The position numbers and the translations under genes were made by a program. Shown piece by piece: positions 33,626 to 43,969 of a DNA stretch of 64,000 nt. Source of the stretch: an uncultured cyanobacterium. Its GTDB lineage: Bacteria > Cyanobacteriota > Cyanobacteriia > Pseudanabaenales > Pseudanabaenaceae. Location of the stretch: assembly GCA_963703315.1 (NCBI GenBank), contig OY969811.1, positions 2,880,001-2,944,000 of the forward strand. The letters are read 5' to 3'. Numbering within the stretch: the stretch's first letter is position 1; each line of letters opens with the position of its first letter. Below the pieces are notes generated by a model. It was not told where the DNA came from. It searched no databases and saw only the letters and a list, made by a program, of their open reading frames with translations.

Positions 33626-34228
33626 TTACAAAATCGCCCCGTCAAAGTTGGTGTTTTCCATACTTGCCCCATCAAACATGGCTTTAGTGAGATCACTTTT
33701 TAGCAGGTCAGCATTGTCCAGATTTACTTCGGTCAGGTTAGCGGTTTTGAGATTTGCATAACTTAGATTGCAACCATCGCAGTTAGCCCCCGTTAAGTCT
33801 GCGCCTTGCAAATTTGCGAATTCGAGATGGGCATTACTCAGGTTCGCACCTCGTAAATTGGCATTTTGGAGATTTGCGCCTTTTAAAACTGCCCCACTCA
33901 GATCGGCTCCTCCCAGATTAACTTGCCTTAAATTTGCATTACTTAAGTCAGCATGAGTCAGGTTTGTAAAGCTCAGGGTTGAACGCTCTAGATTTGCCCC
34001 CCGCAAATCAGCTTCACTTAAATCGGTCAGGTCTAGATCAGCATCTTGCAGATCAGAATTTGTAAGATTAATTGATGACAATTTGCAGCAAGATAGCTTC
34101 AACCCCGAAAATTTTTCCGAATTAAAATCTTTACGTCCCATTTCATACATTTTTTTGAGTGCCATTCCCATCGCAAGGGTATTGGCTGTAGGGGGATGAT
34201 AAGTTCCAGGATTTTGAGTGGACATCAT
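33626..34228 (-). CDS. Pentapeptide repeat protein
   Basis: YEMGRKDF followed by A(D/N)Lxx repeats. Confidence 0.92.
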   Translation of the reverse strand: MMSTQNPGTYHPPTANTLAMGMALKKMYEMGRKDFNSEKFSGLKLSCCKLSSINLTNSDLQDADLDLTDLSEADLRGANLERSTLSFTNLTHADLSNANLRQVNLGGADLSGAVLKGANLQNANLRGANLSNAHLEFANLQGADLTGANCDGCNLSYANLKTANLTEVNLDNADLLKSDLTKAMFDGASMENTNFDGAIL

Positions 34229-34452
34229 TGTGATCTCTCTCTAGCTGAGTCATTTAGCTACTTGTAACTATTGACTTCAATATAAAGCGATCGCCCTCAA
34301 TTGCACTTCACCCTATAGGATTGCCCAAAAAATGAAGATGCTTGGGAGAGCGTAGGGACGTTAACAGATTAATGAGGATTAAGCTAGAATAGTTAAGATA
34401 AACGACGCTTTGCACCGTTTAGTCTAGATCTTGATATCCAATGGAGAAAATA

Positions 34453-34548
34453 ATGTCAAAAGAACAAAAGGGTAATAAAGAGTCTAAAAAACCTAAGAAA
34501 GATCCTTCTGAAAAGAAGGAAAAGAAAGATCCTAAAAGATACGATTAA
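34453..34548 (+). CDS. Putative 31-aa Lys-rich microprotein (not in the ORF track)
   Basis: GGAG RBS at 34443-34446; MSKEQKGNKESKKPKKDPSEKKEKKDPKRYD*. Confidence 0.65.
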   Translation: MSKEQKGNKESKKPKKDPSEKKEKKDPKRYD

Positions 34549-34576
34549 TCCAGAACTGACAAGGCTTTCTCAAAGT

Positions 34577-34691
34577 TATAGCCATAGCCAAGCAAGTTAA
34601 GACATAAAACCCCAAAGAGAGTGGCGGCGCGAAGCGCCGCCACTCTCTTTGGGGTTTTAGTTTTGTCCTAACATAACTGACTACAGCTATA
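34577..34691. mobile_element. MITE (TA-TAGC...GCTA-TA)
   Basis: tatagc...gctata; internal aaaaccccaaagagagtggcggcgc-gaa-gcgccgccactctctttggggtttt. Confidence 0.8.
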
Positions 34692-34758
34692 GTATTAGCC
34701 TTACACACATTGCTAATACTAAAATATTGAAATAATTGAAATAGATTAGATAAGTCCT

Positions 34759-35178
34759 ATGTCAACTGAAACCTTGAGCAACTCCAGTAACAAAGATTTT
34801 GCTGAATATGCACCCCAAATTTTGGAACGCGCCGAAGTAGCTTTGCGATGTGCGCCATTTAGCGTGAAGTTATTGGCAGATATGGCAAAACAAGGTGTGA
34901 ATTTGAGGGTGATCGCTGGTAATGAAGGAATTAAAAATGCATATTTAACCAGAGCAACTAATTTAATTATTACGGAAAATGCTTTGCTATGGCTGATTCA
35001 AGTAGGTGTGTTGCGCCGTGAAGTGGATGGACAAGGTATCACTGATAGCTTCCGCTTGACACCAATGGGACATTTGTTACTCGATAAATGGCGATCGCAA
35101 CCTAGATTTCCCGATCCTAGTTTTGGCGATCGCTTAAAAAATTTTTGGGCGCAGATTCAAATCTCGCGCTTTCTTTAA
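34759..35178 (+). CDS. Conserved cyanobacterial hypothetical protein (Npun_F0494-like, from recall)
   Basis: LLWLIQVGVLRREVDGQGITDSFRLTPMG. Confidence 0.75.
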   Translation: MSTETLSNSSNKDFAEYAPQILERAEVALRCAPFSVKLLADMAKQGVNLRVIAGNEGIKNAYLTRATNLIITENALLWLIQVGVLRREVDGQGITDSFRLTPMGHLLLDKWRSQPRFPDPSFGDRLKNFWAQIQISRFL

Positions 35179-35388
35179 TTTAGTGGTGCGCGGCTAAGCC
35201 GCGCACCACTAATGCTAAATGCGATGCTAAGCATCGCATTTATTTTATGGAACAAAATCTCTCACTTAAGCGTCCTGCATTAGAGCCTATTGCCCTATCT
35301 TGAAGCATTGTGTGCTTTCGGTAGCCATGCATCAATTCAATTAGGCTTTAGCAAATCACGGATCACATTAAGTTGAGAACAAATCACG

Positions 35389-37032
35389 ATGAATATTTTC
35401 CGTAAAAATTTTCGTAACCAAATAAATACAGGGGTTCGGAAGACATCTCTATGTCTATTTGCGGCAACTCTAACTACAGCATCTTTGCTGAGTACTATAG
35501 AAGCGATCGCGGCTCCTTCTGTTCCTCAAATCGTTGCTCAAGTTCCGCAAGATTGGAAAACAGGAGTACAGCTTTTACGTTTGCTGGATAATTCTGGCAA
35601 CCTCTCAAGCATTGGCATCTTACTCGACGTTGCCAATAAGCCTTCAACAACTTATGCCAATGCGGTATATCAGCTTTATGTAAGACGCTCTGGGGAATGG
35701 CGCGAAGTTTATACTAATTCAGGGGCAAGACTACTCTCCAAAAATGCGGGTAGACAATCTTCTTTTGTGGAAGTGATTCCCTTAAATTTACTGAGTGAAA
35801 AAATTTCACTTGATGATATTTACAATGGTGATCTCAAGGCAATTACGAGCGTTCGCTACGATCAGCCCAATGGAATCAAGGATGCAAGATTTACGATCGA
35901 AGAAGTGAGATCCTTTACTTCAATTGTTACAGCTAGTGCGTCTGATGTAAGTTCTGGACGAATTGCTTATATATATAACAATTCATCCAACAACTCTTCT
36001 AACAATTCATCCAACAACTCTTCTAATAATTCATCCAACAACTCTTCTAACAATTCATCCAACAACTCTTCTAACAATTCAGGACTTTCTGATCGCGACT
36101 TGGGGATTTCAAGCAGTTCTCAATCGAATCAAACTACTATTGTCCAAACCACCAATGTCCAAACAAATAATTCTATGAAAACAAAGCCTGTCTTTGTTTC
36201 TAGAAGAGATGATGATGACGATGAAGATGATGATTATGAAGATGATGATCGTAGATCTGATCGTCAAGATCGCAAGGATCGGAGGAATGTCGATGGTGTT
36301 GAACTATCCAAGAAAAATCCTCATCGCGGACATTTCAGCCTAGCCGTTTTGCAGTCTCAGCCACGTTTGTCTGAAGTGGTTGCTCGCATATCCATCAAAT
36401 CTAAGCGTTCTAAAGGTTTTCTTGAAGAGCGCTTTGTCGGTGACTATCGCTTTGCGATCAATCAACGCGCTACCTTTATTCGTGGTCTAAATGCAGGCGA
36501 TCGCTTAGTCGTCAGACTGTTTGATTTACAAAATCGTCCTCTGGGCTATAGCGAAGTACAGTTGCTGAAAAATTTCTCAACGATCAGCCTCATTTTGCCA
36601 AGTGATCCATCAGCCTATGGCACATTAAGAACTATCTCAGGGATTGACTCAGAAAGAGTTGGGCGCATTGATCGCAATGTCAGAATCTATGACTATTTCA
36701 CCCAAATCCAGACTAGTAATTCTATCTCCCAAACAGTTGCGAGATTTTTGACCACATCACAGGGTATTCCCCTCGGTTTATTTAACGTGGCTGGTCTGCC
36801 TCAAGCAACCAATCAGTTTACATATACCAATGCATTCTTCAAAGGTAATCAATCATTAATTGATCGCGCAATCAATGTATTTACCCCAAGCTTGCCTCCT
36901 GTAATGCAGGTTTTACCTGGTCAACTAACTTCACTAATTCCTATTACCAACAACCAATCTACGTTTGATGTAGTCCGCAAGATTCTCGATTACAAAGACT
37001 TGCGTCCCAATGGTTTAACAACCTTATTCTAA
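35389..37032 (+). CDS. Secreted hypothetical protein with NNSS repeat and D/R-rich linker
   Basis: Signal peptide; low-complexity centre; 547-aa ORF. Confidence 0.8.
   Translation: MNIFRKNFRNQINTGVRKTSLCLFAATLTTASLLSTIEAIAAPSVPQIVAQVPQDWKTGVQLLRLLDNSGNLSSIGILLDVANKPSTTYANAVYQLYVRRSGEWREVYTNSGARLLSKNAGRQSSFVEVIPLNLLSEKISLDDIYNGDLKAITSVRYDQPNGIKDARFTIEEVRSFTSIVTASASDVSSGRIAYIYNNSSNNSSNNSSNNSSNNSSNNSSNNSSNNSSNNSGLSDRDLGISSSSQSNQTTIVQTTNVQTNNSMKTKPVFVSRRDDDDDEDDDYEDDDRRSDRQDRKDRRNVDGVELSKKNPHRGHFSLAVLQSQPRLSEVVARISIKSKRSKGFLEERFVGDYRFAINQRATFIRGLNAGDRLVVRLFDLQNRPLGYSEVQLLKNFSTISLILPSDPSAYGTLRTISGIDSERVGRIDRNVRIYDYFTQIQTSNSISQTVARFLTTSQGIPLGLFNVAGLPQATNQFTYTNAFFKGNQSLIDRAINVFTPSLPPVMQVLPGQLTSLIPITNNQSTFDVVRKILDYKDLRPNGLTTLF
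35977..36081 (+). repeat. 24-bp tandem repeat (four units plus 9 nt) encoding NNSS
   Basis: aacaattcatccaacaactcttct x4 (one c>t), then aacaattca. Confidence 0.95.
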
Positions 37033-37074
37033 AAAAGAGAGGCGGTGCAAGCACCGCCTCTCTTTTTTAGAATA
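37025..37074. repeat. Perfect 24-bp-arm hairpin overlapping the stop codon
   Basis: tattctaaaaaagagaggcggtgc-aa-gcaccgcctctcttttttagaata. Confidence 0.9.
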
Positions 37075-37123
37075 TTTGCTTAGGGCAGACAAGGAGCTTA
37101 AGTCCCTTGTTCATAAACGTTCA

Positions 37124-37216
37124 CTAAGAACAAAAAACTAGAAGATGAGTTGCGGCGCGGAGCGCTGCAACTCATCTTCTAGTTTTTTGTTCTTAGCTAA
37201 CTCTTGCATTGCTATA
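37124..37216. mobile_element. MITE relic: right end intact, left end replaced by a mirrored arm
   Basis: ctaagaacaaaaaactagaagatgagttgc...gcaactcatcttctagttttttgttcttag-ctaactcttgcattgctata. Confidence 0.65.
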
Positions 37217-37224
37217 GTTTGAAG

Positions 37225-37557
37225 TTATTGGACTTCCTGCCTTGAACCATTAAACACAAGAGCATTAGCCATCTGATTCAGCTTGTTACTATTTAATTGC
37301 TCAGCATTTTCTTGATATCTGCCGCGAATCTGTACATACTCATCCTCCAACAAAAAGTCTTTCACCTTCTCATATTCCCGCGCAGAATAAACCACTTGAT
37401 ATCCTTCAGTTGGGTCATAAAGTGTAAATATCCCATCCACATCACCAACCAACATCAACACATAAGGTAGATCAGAAGTTGGATCAACCCACATTTCAAT
37501 AAACTTCCAATTAGATAACTTCGCTTGGTTTTGTGCGTGGAATGACATGATATTCAC
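37225..37557 (-). CDS. Small acidic protein, putative immunity partner (start uncertain)
   Basis: Overlaps the end of the upstream toxin-like gene; ends with FLLEDEY. Confidence 0.6.
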   Translation of the reverse strand: MNIMSFHAQNQAKLSNWKFIEMWVDPTSDLPYVLMLVGDVDGIFTLYDPTEGYQVVYSAREYEKVKDFLLEDEYVQIRGRYQENAEQLNSNKLNQMANALVFNGSRQEVQ

Positions 37558-37870
37558 CCTTAATAATTTTCATTTCTGCAAAATATAACGGTAGCCAATT
37601 CCCCTCTAAATCAATTCTATAGCCTATTGCTTGCTCGAAATACATCCCATAACGTTCATGACCTCTCACAGTGCCAATAAACTCGCCCTTTTCAAACAAA
37701 GCTTCCGTAACCTCAAGCAATGTTTGGAGATCTTTAAACACATGAGCTTTACCATCTTCTCTTAGCAGTTTCAACATTTGTGGTGTATCTGGCAAATGCT
37801 TCTGTACGTGTCTTTCTGCTAAAACAAGTCCTCTTGGTAGTTTACGATTTTCGCCATCGTTTTGCGGCAT
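37511..37870 (-). CDS. Small toxin-like protein (DUF6972 / polymorphic toxin 50-like, from recall)
   Basis: HVQKHLP near the N-terminus and GEYHVIP near the C-terminus. Confidence 0.55.
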   Translation of the reverse strand: MPQNDGENRKLPRGLVLAERHVQKHLPDTPQMLKLLREDGKAHVFKDLQTLLEVTEALFEKGEFIGTVRGHERYGMYFEQAIGYRIDLEGNWLPLYFAEMKIIKGEYHVIPRTKPSEVI

Positions 37871-37935
37871 AAAATTTATATGGTAGCGATCGCAGTTAAC
37901 TTAGAAAAATTAACCTGCGATCGCTATCGGAGAAG

Positions 37936-38469
37936 TTAAGAAATACGCAATAGTTCCACATCAAAAATTAATGTGGCATTAGGAGGAATGACTCCACCTG
38001 CTCCACGAGCGCCATAACCCAAATCTGGAGGAATAATTAGGGTACGGCGATCGCCAACACGCATATCGGCTAAACCTTCATCCCATCCCTTAATTACTTG
38101 ACCAACACCAAGCTTGAAGGAAAAAGGACTATTGCGATCGCGAGAACTATCGAACTTGGTTCCATCTTCGAGCGTGCCAGTATAATGCACGACGACGGTA
38201 TCGCCTTTTTTAGGTGTTGCACCTGTACCAGCAGTGATTACTTTATATTTAAGTCCAGTGCCAGTGTCTTTGATATCGGAATCACTCATATTAATTAAAG
38301 ATGCTTCTGCTATTTTTACTTCTGTTTGAATTGGTGCGCCTGTAGATGGCGCACTAGTACTAGCGACTGCTGCCTGTCCGCCTGTAATTTGAGCAACTAC
38401 AATGACCAGTACAGCAACTGCCATAATGCCAAAGCTAATCAAAATTCCTTTCAAGGCTAATATCTCCAA
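37936..38469 (-). CDS. FKBP-type peptidyl-prolyl isomerase
   Basis: [41 protein letters not shown]-terminal hydrophobic segment. Confidence 0.96.
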   Translation of the reverse strand: MEILALKGILISFGIMAVAVLVIVVAQITGGQAAVASTSAPSTGAPIQTEVKIAEASLINMSDSDIKDTGTGLKYKVITAGTGATPKKGDTVVVHYTGTLEDGTKFDSSRDRNSPFSFKLGVGQVIKGWDEGLADMRVGDRRTLIIPPDLGYGARGAGGVIPPNATLIFDVELLRIS

Positions 38470-38564
38470 TCAATTATGTGATGACTTCGCTTTTGGGATT
38501 TTACAGTGATTCTGTAACAAAAAAAAGAAGCCACTTGGTAACATCCTCGTGACTTCCTTTTTAT

Positions 38565-38642
38565 ATAGCAAAACAAGTTTTGCTTAGGACACAAAAACTA
38601 AATGATAGTTGCGATGCAACTATCGTTTAGTTTTTGTGTCTC
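38565..38642. mobile_element. Short MITE relic next to the tRNA-Phe 3' end
   Basis: tatagcaaaacaagttttgcttaggacacaaaaacta, same left end as the 10988 and 43719 elements. Confidence 0.65.
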
Positions 38643-38649
38643 ATATATA

Positions 38650-38722
38650 TGCCAGGAACGAGATTTGAACTCGTGACACGTGGATTTTCAGTCCACTGCT
38701 CTACCAACTGAGCTATCCCGGC
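38650..38722 (-). tRNA. trnF: tRNA-Phe(GAA)
   Basis: GCCGGGATAGCTCAGTTGGTAGAGCAGTGGACT-GAA-AATCCACGTGTCACGAGTTCAAATCTCGTTCCTGGCA; CCA not encoded. Confidence 0.97.
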
Positions 38723-38875
38723 ATGGCGCTTTTTTTGCGCTTTATTAAGATAACACCTATGGTGATTTACAATCAATAAAATTTGAAAATTTGTCCAAAA
38801 AACCCAAAAAAGAGAGATGGCACTTTGTGCCATCTCTCTTTTTTGGGTTTTAAGACAGCGAAAAGCGCAGTAAGG

Positions 38876-39508
38876 CTATGACCCAGTTACTAACCAAAAA
38901 ACTGAACGTAATCCATCCCGTAAAGACTTCGCAGGATTTTCGGATTTAATTCTAGAAGGAATCGTCACAGGATGCATTTCAATGCCACGACTACCTAAAA
39001 TTATTTTGCCAATCACAAGGGCGCGGGGCATATGAAAATCAGAAGTCAGTACATATACATCCGTAATCTTGCGCTGCTGTAATTCCGTCACCATAATTGT
39101 AAAATTTGATACGGTATCCACGGCTCGGTAATCCAGATGTATACGATCGCGCCTTACTCCCGCAGTATCAAATACATATTGGGCATATTCCTCTGGACTG
39201 CCCGAAGATACAAAAATTGGTAACTGTGGATGTTGTAAAGCAAACTGAGCAGCAAATTTTTCGCGGGTCGGCGAGCCTCCCAGTACCAATATGGCTTGTG
39301 GTTCTCTAGCCGATGGACTGGTGCTGACTGATGGGAAACAGGTCATTCCAAAAATCACGCACCCAGAACTAACTAACCCAGATAAAGCTGTCATAGAAAT
39401 CCTGCTAGAAAAAGGGTTAAGCATCATCATTACTGCATCGTTGCGAATCAGCAAAATATTATCTGGAGGATGGAACAATATGCAACAAGATTTTGCTAAA
39501 AGGTTCAT
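38876..39508 (-). CDS. YdcF/DUF218 family protein (true start probably further downstream)
   Basis: AILVLGG, FVSSG, AVDTVSNF, LTSDFHMPRA. Confidence 0.85.
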   Translation of the reverse strand: MNLLAKSCCILFHPPDNILLIRNDAVMMMLNPFSSRISMTALSGLVSSGCVIFGMTCFPSVSTSPSAREPQAILVLGGSPTREKFAAQFALQHPQLPIFVSSGSPEEYAQYVFDTAGVRRDRIHLDYRAVDTVSNFTIMVTELQQRKITDVYVLTSDFHMPRALVIGKIILGSRGIEMHPVTIPSRIKSENPAKSLRDGLRSVFWLVTGS

Positions 39509-39532
39509 CCTGCGGATGAACCTTTTAGCATT

Positions 39533-40129
39533 CTAAAAATCTAGCTCACGTCTGCCCTCGATCGCTTTGGCGAGGGTGACCTCATCTGCATATTCTAAGT
39601 CACCTCCCATCGGAATACCAAAGGCAATTCGCGTAACTTTTGTAAAGGGTTTTAATAAGCCACCCACATACAAAGTTGTGGTTTCACCTTCCACACTAGG
39701 AGCGATCGCCATAATCACCTCAGCGACTTTATTACCACTGACACGCCGCACCAGACTCTGAATATTTAACTGGTCGGGGCTAATCCCATCCATTGGCGAA
39801 ATCAGTCCACCGAGAACATGATATTTGCCACGATATTCGCGAGTTTTTTCAAGGGCAATTAGATCGCGGGAGTCAGCAACTACACAAATGATGGAGTTGT
39901 CGCGACTAGGATGGGCGCAAATTTCACAAATTGGTTCTGCGGAAAGATGCCCACAGATTGTACAAAGACCAACCTGCTGCTTTGCTTGAATCAATGCTTG
40001 AGCAAGGGCTTCTACCTCTTCAGTGGGGCGCTTGAGGATATGTAGTGATAAGCGTTGAGCAGTCTTGGTTCCCACACCAGGCAAGCGCTGCAATTGTTCG
40101 ATGAGATTGGCTAGAGGTCGAGTATACAA
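39533..40129 (-). CDS. recR: Recombination mediator RecR
   Basis: [13 protein letters not shown]4 zinc finger, [18 protein letters not shown]. Confidence 0.97.
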   Translation of the reverse strand: MYTRPLANLIEQLQRLPGVGTKTAQRLSLHILKRPTEEVEALAQALIQAKQQVGLCTICGHLSAEPICEICAHPSRDNSIICVVADSRDLIALEKTREYRGKYHVLGGLISPMDGISPDQLNIQSLVRRVSGNKVAEVIMAIAPSVEGETTTLYVGGLLKPFTKVTRIAFGIPMGGDLEYADEVTLAKAIEGRRELDF

Positions 40130-40198
40130 AACAGCGAGGGGTATGAAGTAACGCTAACAATTTTAACAAAAAAGTAGAATCAGCCCTTCGAGCTACCT

Positions 40199-40783
40199 CT
40201 ATTGATTAGTTTTGGCAAAGCGAGTTTGGAGATCGTAGGCTTCTCGCTCCATGAGATTATTTTCATAGATCTGTTTGGCACGTTTATATTCCACAAAGTA
40301 CTGATAGCCAAATTGATCTAAGCCGCCATTTTGAACGCATTGACGAACATGGGTCATCTCATGCGCTAAAACTGATAGTTGTTTGATATCTTCAGGCTTG
40401 TAAGGATCACGAAGATAAATGCGATCGCAATAGGTTTGGGCGATCGTATCAACTTTGCCAAAATGCACCGCCACATTACCAAATACCCAGCGATCCATCA
40501 TTTGTGCGTTATAAACGACGGTCACCCGATCAATGTAGTCAATAAAATAGCGGCGTAAATAACGCTTTTGGACGTTATCAAGAGGTTTACCACCTACATT
40601 TTTTGACCGCATGGTTTTTGCCGCCGCTTGATAGGCGATCGAGCCTGCTTGTCCCCAAGCTTCCTCGGCTAGGCTCGATTTTGTTTCAGAGTCAGCAAAA
40701 AAGCTCACATCTGAGAGTCCTACAGTTGCGACTAGAGCTAAGGTAAGCAAAATTAAAAAGCCGATTCTGCGAAGGCTATCCAT
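40199..40783 (-). CDS. Exported DUF4157-like HExxH metallopeptidase-fold protein
   Basis: Signal/TM segment; AQTYCDRIY; LAHEMTHVRQ; MEREAY. Confidence 0.75.
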   Translation of the reverse strand: MDSLRRIGFLILLTLALVATVGLSDVSFFADSETKSSLAEEAWGQAGSIAYQAAAKTMRSKNVGGKPLDNVQKRYLRRYFIDYIDRVTVVYNAQMMDRWVFGNVAVHFGKVDTIAQTYCDRIYLRDPYKPEDIKQLSVLAHEMTHVRQCVQNGGLDQFGYQYFVEYKRAKQIYENNLMEREAYDLQTRFAKTNQ

Positions 40784-40922
40784 TTCATTGCTCTTGAGAC
40801 AAGTAGAAACGTTACGAAGCTTTGCCTTAAATGATTGCGGTATTTAGAGAATTTTATAGAGTGGCGGCGCGAAGCGCCGCCACTCTATAAAATTCTTCTT
40901 CGGACTGTTATTACGATGATTT

Positions 40923-41663
40923 CTATTGTGAATTCTGATTTAACTCATTAGAAACAATCACTACAGTGATATTGTCGCGACCACCGCGTAACTTGGCTGA
41001 CTCAATCAGAGCTTGGGCAGCTTGTTGAGCATTGCGAATACTTTTAAGATGATGAGCAATGCGATCGTCAGTGAGTTCTTCGGTTAAGCCATCACTACAG
41101 ATCAAAAAGCGATCGCCTGGTTGCCATTCGATTTCGCGGGCAGGAATAGTTTTAATGTCTTCACGCCCTAGACATTGCAATAACATATGTCGCCAAGGAT
41201 GACTTTTAGCATCTTCAGGATTAACTACCCCTGTTTGAATTGCCCTTGCAATCCATGTATGATCATCACTAATTTGCTCCAGCTTTGCACCGCGCAATCG
41301 GTATAATCGCGAATCACCAATATGGGAAAACCAAGGCTGATCATCACGAAACAGCAAAATGACTACCGTTGTCCCCATGTCCGATCGCACAGGATTTGCC
41401 GATTGATCATTAATAATCGCTTGATTGGCTTTATCGATCGCATCTTGGATCAGTTTTTGAGTATCAGTTTCGATATCCCAAAAGGCTTCTAAGCTGGCGC
41501 GAATGGCATCAACAGCAATCTGGCTTGCCACCTCGCCTCCTGCGTGTCCTCCCATGCCATCAGCAACTACAAAAAATCGTCCGTCAGGATCGACATAGTA
41601 AGAATCTTGGTTGGCTGATCTCACACAGCCTGTATCGGTTGCTCCTGCAAATAGACGCTTCAT
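40923..41663 (-). CDS. PP2C-family Ser/Thr phosphatase (PphA-like)
   Basis: RSANQD, VADGMGGHAGG, HIGDSRLY, CSDGL, GGRDNIT; ATG 41663 preferred over 41738. Confidence 0.92.
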   Translation of the reverse strand: MKRLFAGATDTGCVRSANQDSYYVDPDGRFFVVADGMGGHAGGEVASQIAVDAIRASLEAFWDIETDTQKLIQDAIDKANQAIINDQSANPVRSDMGTTVVILLFRDDQPWFSHIGDSRLYRLRGAKLEQISDDHTWIARAIQTGVVNPEDAKSHPWRHMLLQCLGREDIKTIPAREIEWQPGDRFLICSDGLTEELTDDRIAHHLKSIRNAQQAAQALIESAKLRGGRDNITVVIVSNELNQNSQ

Positions 41664-41839
41664 GTTAGGTGGTTCGGCTCGACGTATTGAATTGACCAGT
41701 TCTGCTATAGCAATCTTTAGTTTAACGCTCACAGGCAAAAACTATAGCAATATCTCCTGCGATTGATATTTTTGTTTTCTGTACTTTACCCAAATATAGC
41801 TGTACCGCTTCTCACCATAGCTATATTTGGAGTTATAGA

Positions 41840-43531
41840 TCACCGTTCAGGGCGATCTATGCGCGATAACAATCGTAATAAAACTAATACAAAAATACCT
41901 GCGATGATTGCCGTAACTATGGCAGGAATCTGTGAGCCATTTACAAACAAGAGCGTGGCACACAATAGACAGGTTGCCCCTAACAAAGCATAAATTGCGC
42001 CGATGCCAACGTTACTGAGTCGTCTTAAAAGGCGATCGGTTTCTTGAGATTTAACCCTGACTCGTATATCGCCGCGATCAAGTTTGGATAGGGTTTCATC
42101 AATACGACGAGGCAAGGCGATCGCCGTATTACTTACCTGTGCAGCTTGACGACCTAACTCACCTAGAAAGGCGGTGGATAAATTGCCTGATTCTCTAGAA
42201 CTGCCATTTTCCATAAGATTTGTTGCGTAGGGTTTTGCGACTTCCATAAAGTTAAAGTTGGGATCAAGTCCTTTGCCTAGACCTTCAAGGGTGGAGAGCG
42301 CCCTCATCACAAAGGTAAAGGTAGCGGGAAATCGAAATGGTTGGTCATAAGCAATATCGTACAAATCATCACTGATCGCGGCAACCGATTGCTTACCCAT
42401 CGGCTGCCCCATAAAATTGTCGAGCATATATTGTACTGATCGCCTAATTGGACCAATATCGCCTTTGACTTCTAAAGCTCCTAGCTCGATTAAAGAATTA
42501 ACCACTGCCTCAGCATCTTTTTGTGCGATCCCAAAGAAAGTCTTTAATAGTTTGTCACGGGTAATCGACTGGATCTGCCCCATCATCCCGAAATCATAAA
42601 AAATTAGTTCGCCTTTACCTGTGACCGCTAAATTTCCGGGGTGGGGATCAGCGTGGAAAAATCCATGATTGAGCAACTGTTCTAGATATGCCTCAGCACC
42701 AATACGGGCGATCGCTTGGCGATCGAGTCCTGCGGCTTCCAGTGCATCATAATTACTAACTTTAATCCCCGGCATATATTCCAATGTCAGGACTCTTCGT
42801 GAGGCATAGCGCCAATATACTCTTGGAACCATAATGCGGCGATCGCCTCGAAAGTTACGCCGAAAGGTATCTGCATTCTTGCCTTCATTTAAGTAATCCG
42901 CTTCTTCATAGAGAATTTTGCGACATTCCTCATAAATGCCAACCCAATCACGTCCCCTACCATATTTGGGATGATTTTGAAAATATTGAGCAATTTTCTT
43001 GAGAATCCCTAAATCGATCGCAAATAGTTTTAATAACCCTGGACGCTGTACCTTAACAACAATTTCTTCGCCTGTATGCAATTGCGCTTTATGGACTTGA
43101 CCGAGACTTGCTGCCGCAAGGGGGATCGGATCAAAGTAGCCGAACATTGTCTCAACGGGTTTACCTAAGTCTGACTCAATAATCTGCTTAGCTTTTTCGG
43201 CAGTAAATGCAGGAACCTTATCCTGTAACTTTGATAGCTCCTCGACCGACTCCGTTGGCAAAATATCAGCACGGGTAGAGAGCAACTGCCCAACCTTAAT
43301 AAAGGTTGGACCTAGTTGCAGCATTGACTCACGCAGCCATATAGCGCGTTTACGAGTGCGTTTTTTGACCTTTGCTTCAGTCTTACCACCGACATAGCTC
43401 CATTTTTTACCGTCGAGCCAGATCATCCAAGAAAAGGTCAGAACGGTTCGCCAAATGTCAATAGTACGGGCAAGTTCAGAGTAGTTGTCACGACTCCAGC
43501 GATAGTTGGGTTCAGGAGATAAAGCTGGCAC
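41840..43531 (-). CDS. ABC1/AarF/UbiB-family atypical kinase
   Basis: LGPTFIKVGQ, AAASLGQVH, VKVQRP, FHADPHPGN, DFGM. Confidence 0.95.
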   Translation of the reverse strand: MPALSPEPNYRWSRDNYSELARTIDIWRTVLTFSWMIWLDGKKWSYVGGKTEAKVKKRTRKRAIWLRESMLQLGPTFIKVGQLLSTRADILPTESVEELSKLQDKVPAFTAEKAKQIIESDLGKPVETMFGYFDPIPLAAASLGQVHKAQLHTGEEIVVKVQRPGLLKLFAIDLGILKKIAQYFQNHPKYGRGRDWVGIYEECRKILYEEADYLNEGKNADTFRRNFRGDRRIMVPRVYWRYASRRVLTLEYMPGIKVSNYDALEAAGLDRQAIARIGAEAYLEQLLNHGFFHADPHPGNLAVTGKGELIFYDFGMMGQIQSITRDKLLKTFFGIAQKDAEAVVNSLIELGALEVKGDIGPIRRSVQYMLDNFMGQPMGKQSVAAISDDLYDIAYDQPFRFPATFTFVMRALSTLEGLGKGLDPNFNFMEVAKPYATNLMENGSSRESGNLSTAFLGELGRQAAQVSNTAIALPRRIDETLSKLDRGDIRVRVKSQETDRLLRRLSNVGIGAIYALLGATCLLCATLLFVNGSQIPAIVTAIIAGIFVLVLLRLLSRIDRPER

Positions 43532-43624
43532 AGTTCACTAAAGATGGAAGGACTAAAAATCTGTAACAAACCTTTACATCTTAGCGTAAATGTTTATATT
43601 TGTTAACATTTAAATTCCCTATGA

Positions 43625-43832
43625 TATAGCATTTCACAGTCTAGTAAGGTACGGGATTTTTTTCCCGCCGAAGGCGGGAAAAAAATCCTCTGTAACTCGC
43701 TTGCTTGAAAAGCGCTATATAGCAAAGCAGGTTTTGCTTAGGACATAAAACCAGAAGATGAGTTGCGGCGAAAAGTGCCACAACTCGCTTCTTGGGTTTT
43801 GGTTTGTACTAGCTAACTCTTTTTTTGATATA
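43625..43832. mobile_element. Two different MITEs in tandem sharing one TA
   Basis: TA-TAGC(43627)...GCTA(43718)-TA-TAGC(43721)...GATA(43830)-TA; the first has a cccgcc-gaa-ggcggg core, the second a ttaggacataaaaccagaag core. Confidence 0.8.
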
Positions 43833-43969
43833 TCAATATCAATGTGTAAATTCTACGATCTAGGAGATAGATTGTTGAGGCGATCGCGAACAGGAAATGA
43901 AAAAAGCCTTATCGCACCTCGGCAATGACTTTGCAGACAAACATCCATCAGTTTAATTTCTAGTAACTA

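Noticed and set aside
35963..36178. Alternate-frame ORF with IHPTTLLT repeats
   Set aside because: By-product of the 24-nt NNSS tandem repeat
38627..38833. 68-aa ORF
   Set aside because: Overlaps tRNA-Phe and hairpins
43593..43610. HLR1/RpaB-like direct repeat upstream of the ABC1 kinase
   Set aside because: One mismatch in each half within AT-rich DNA; too weak to call
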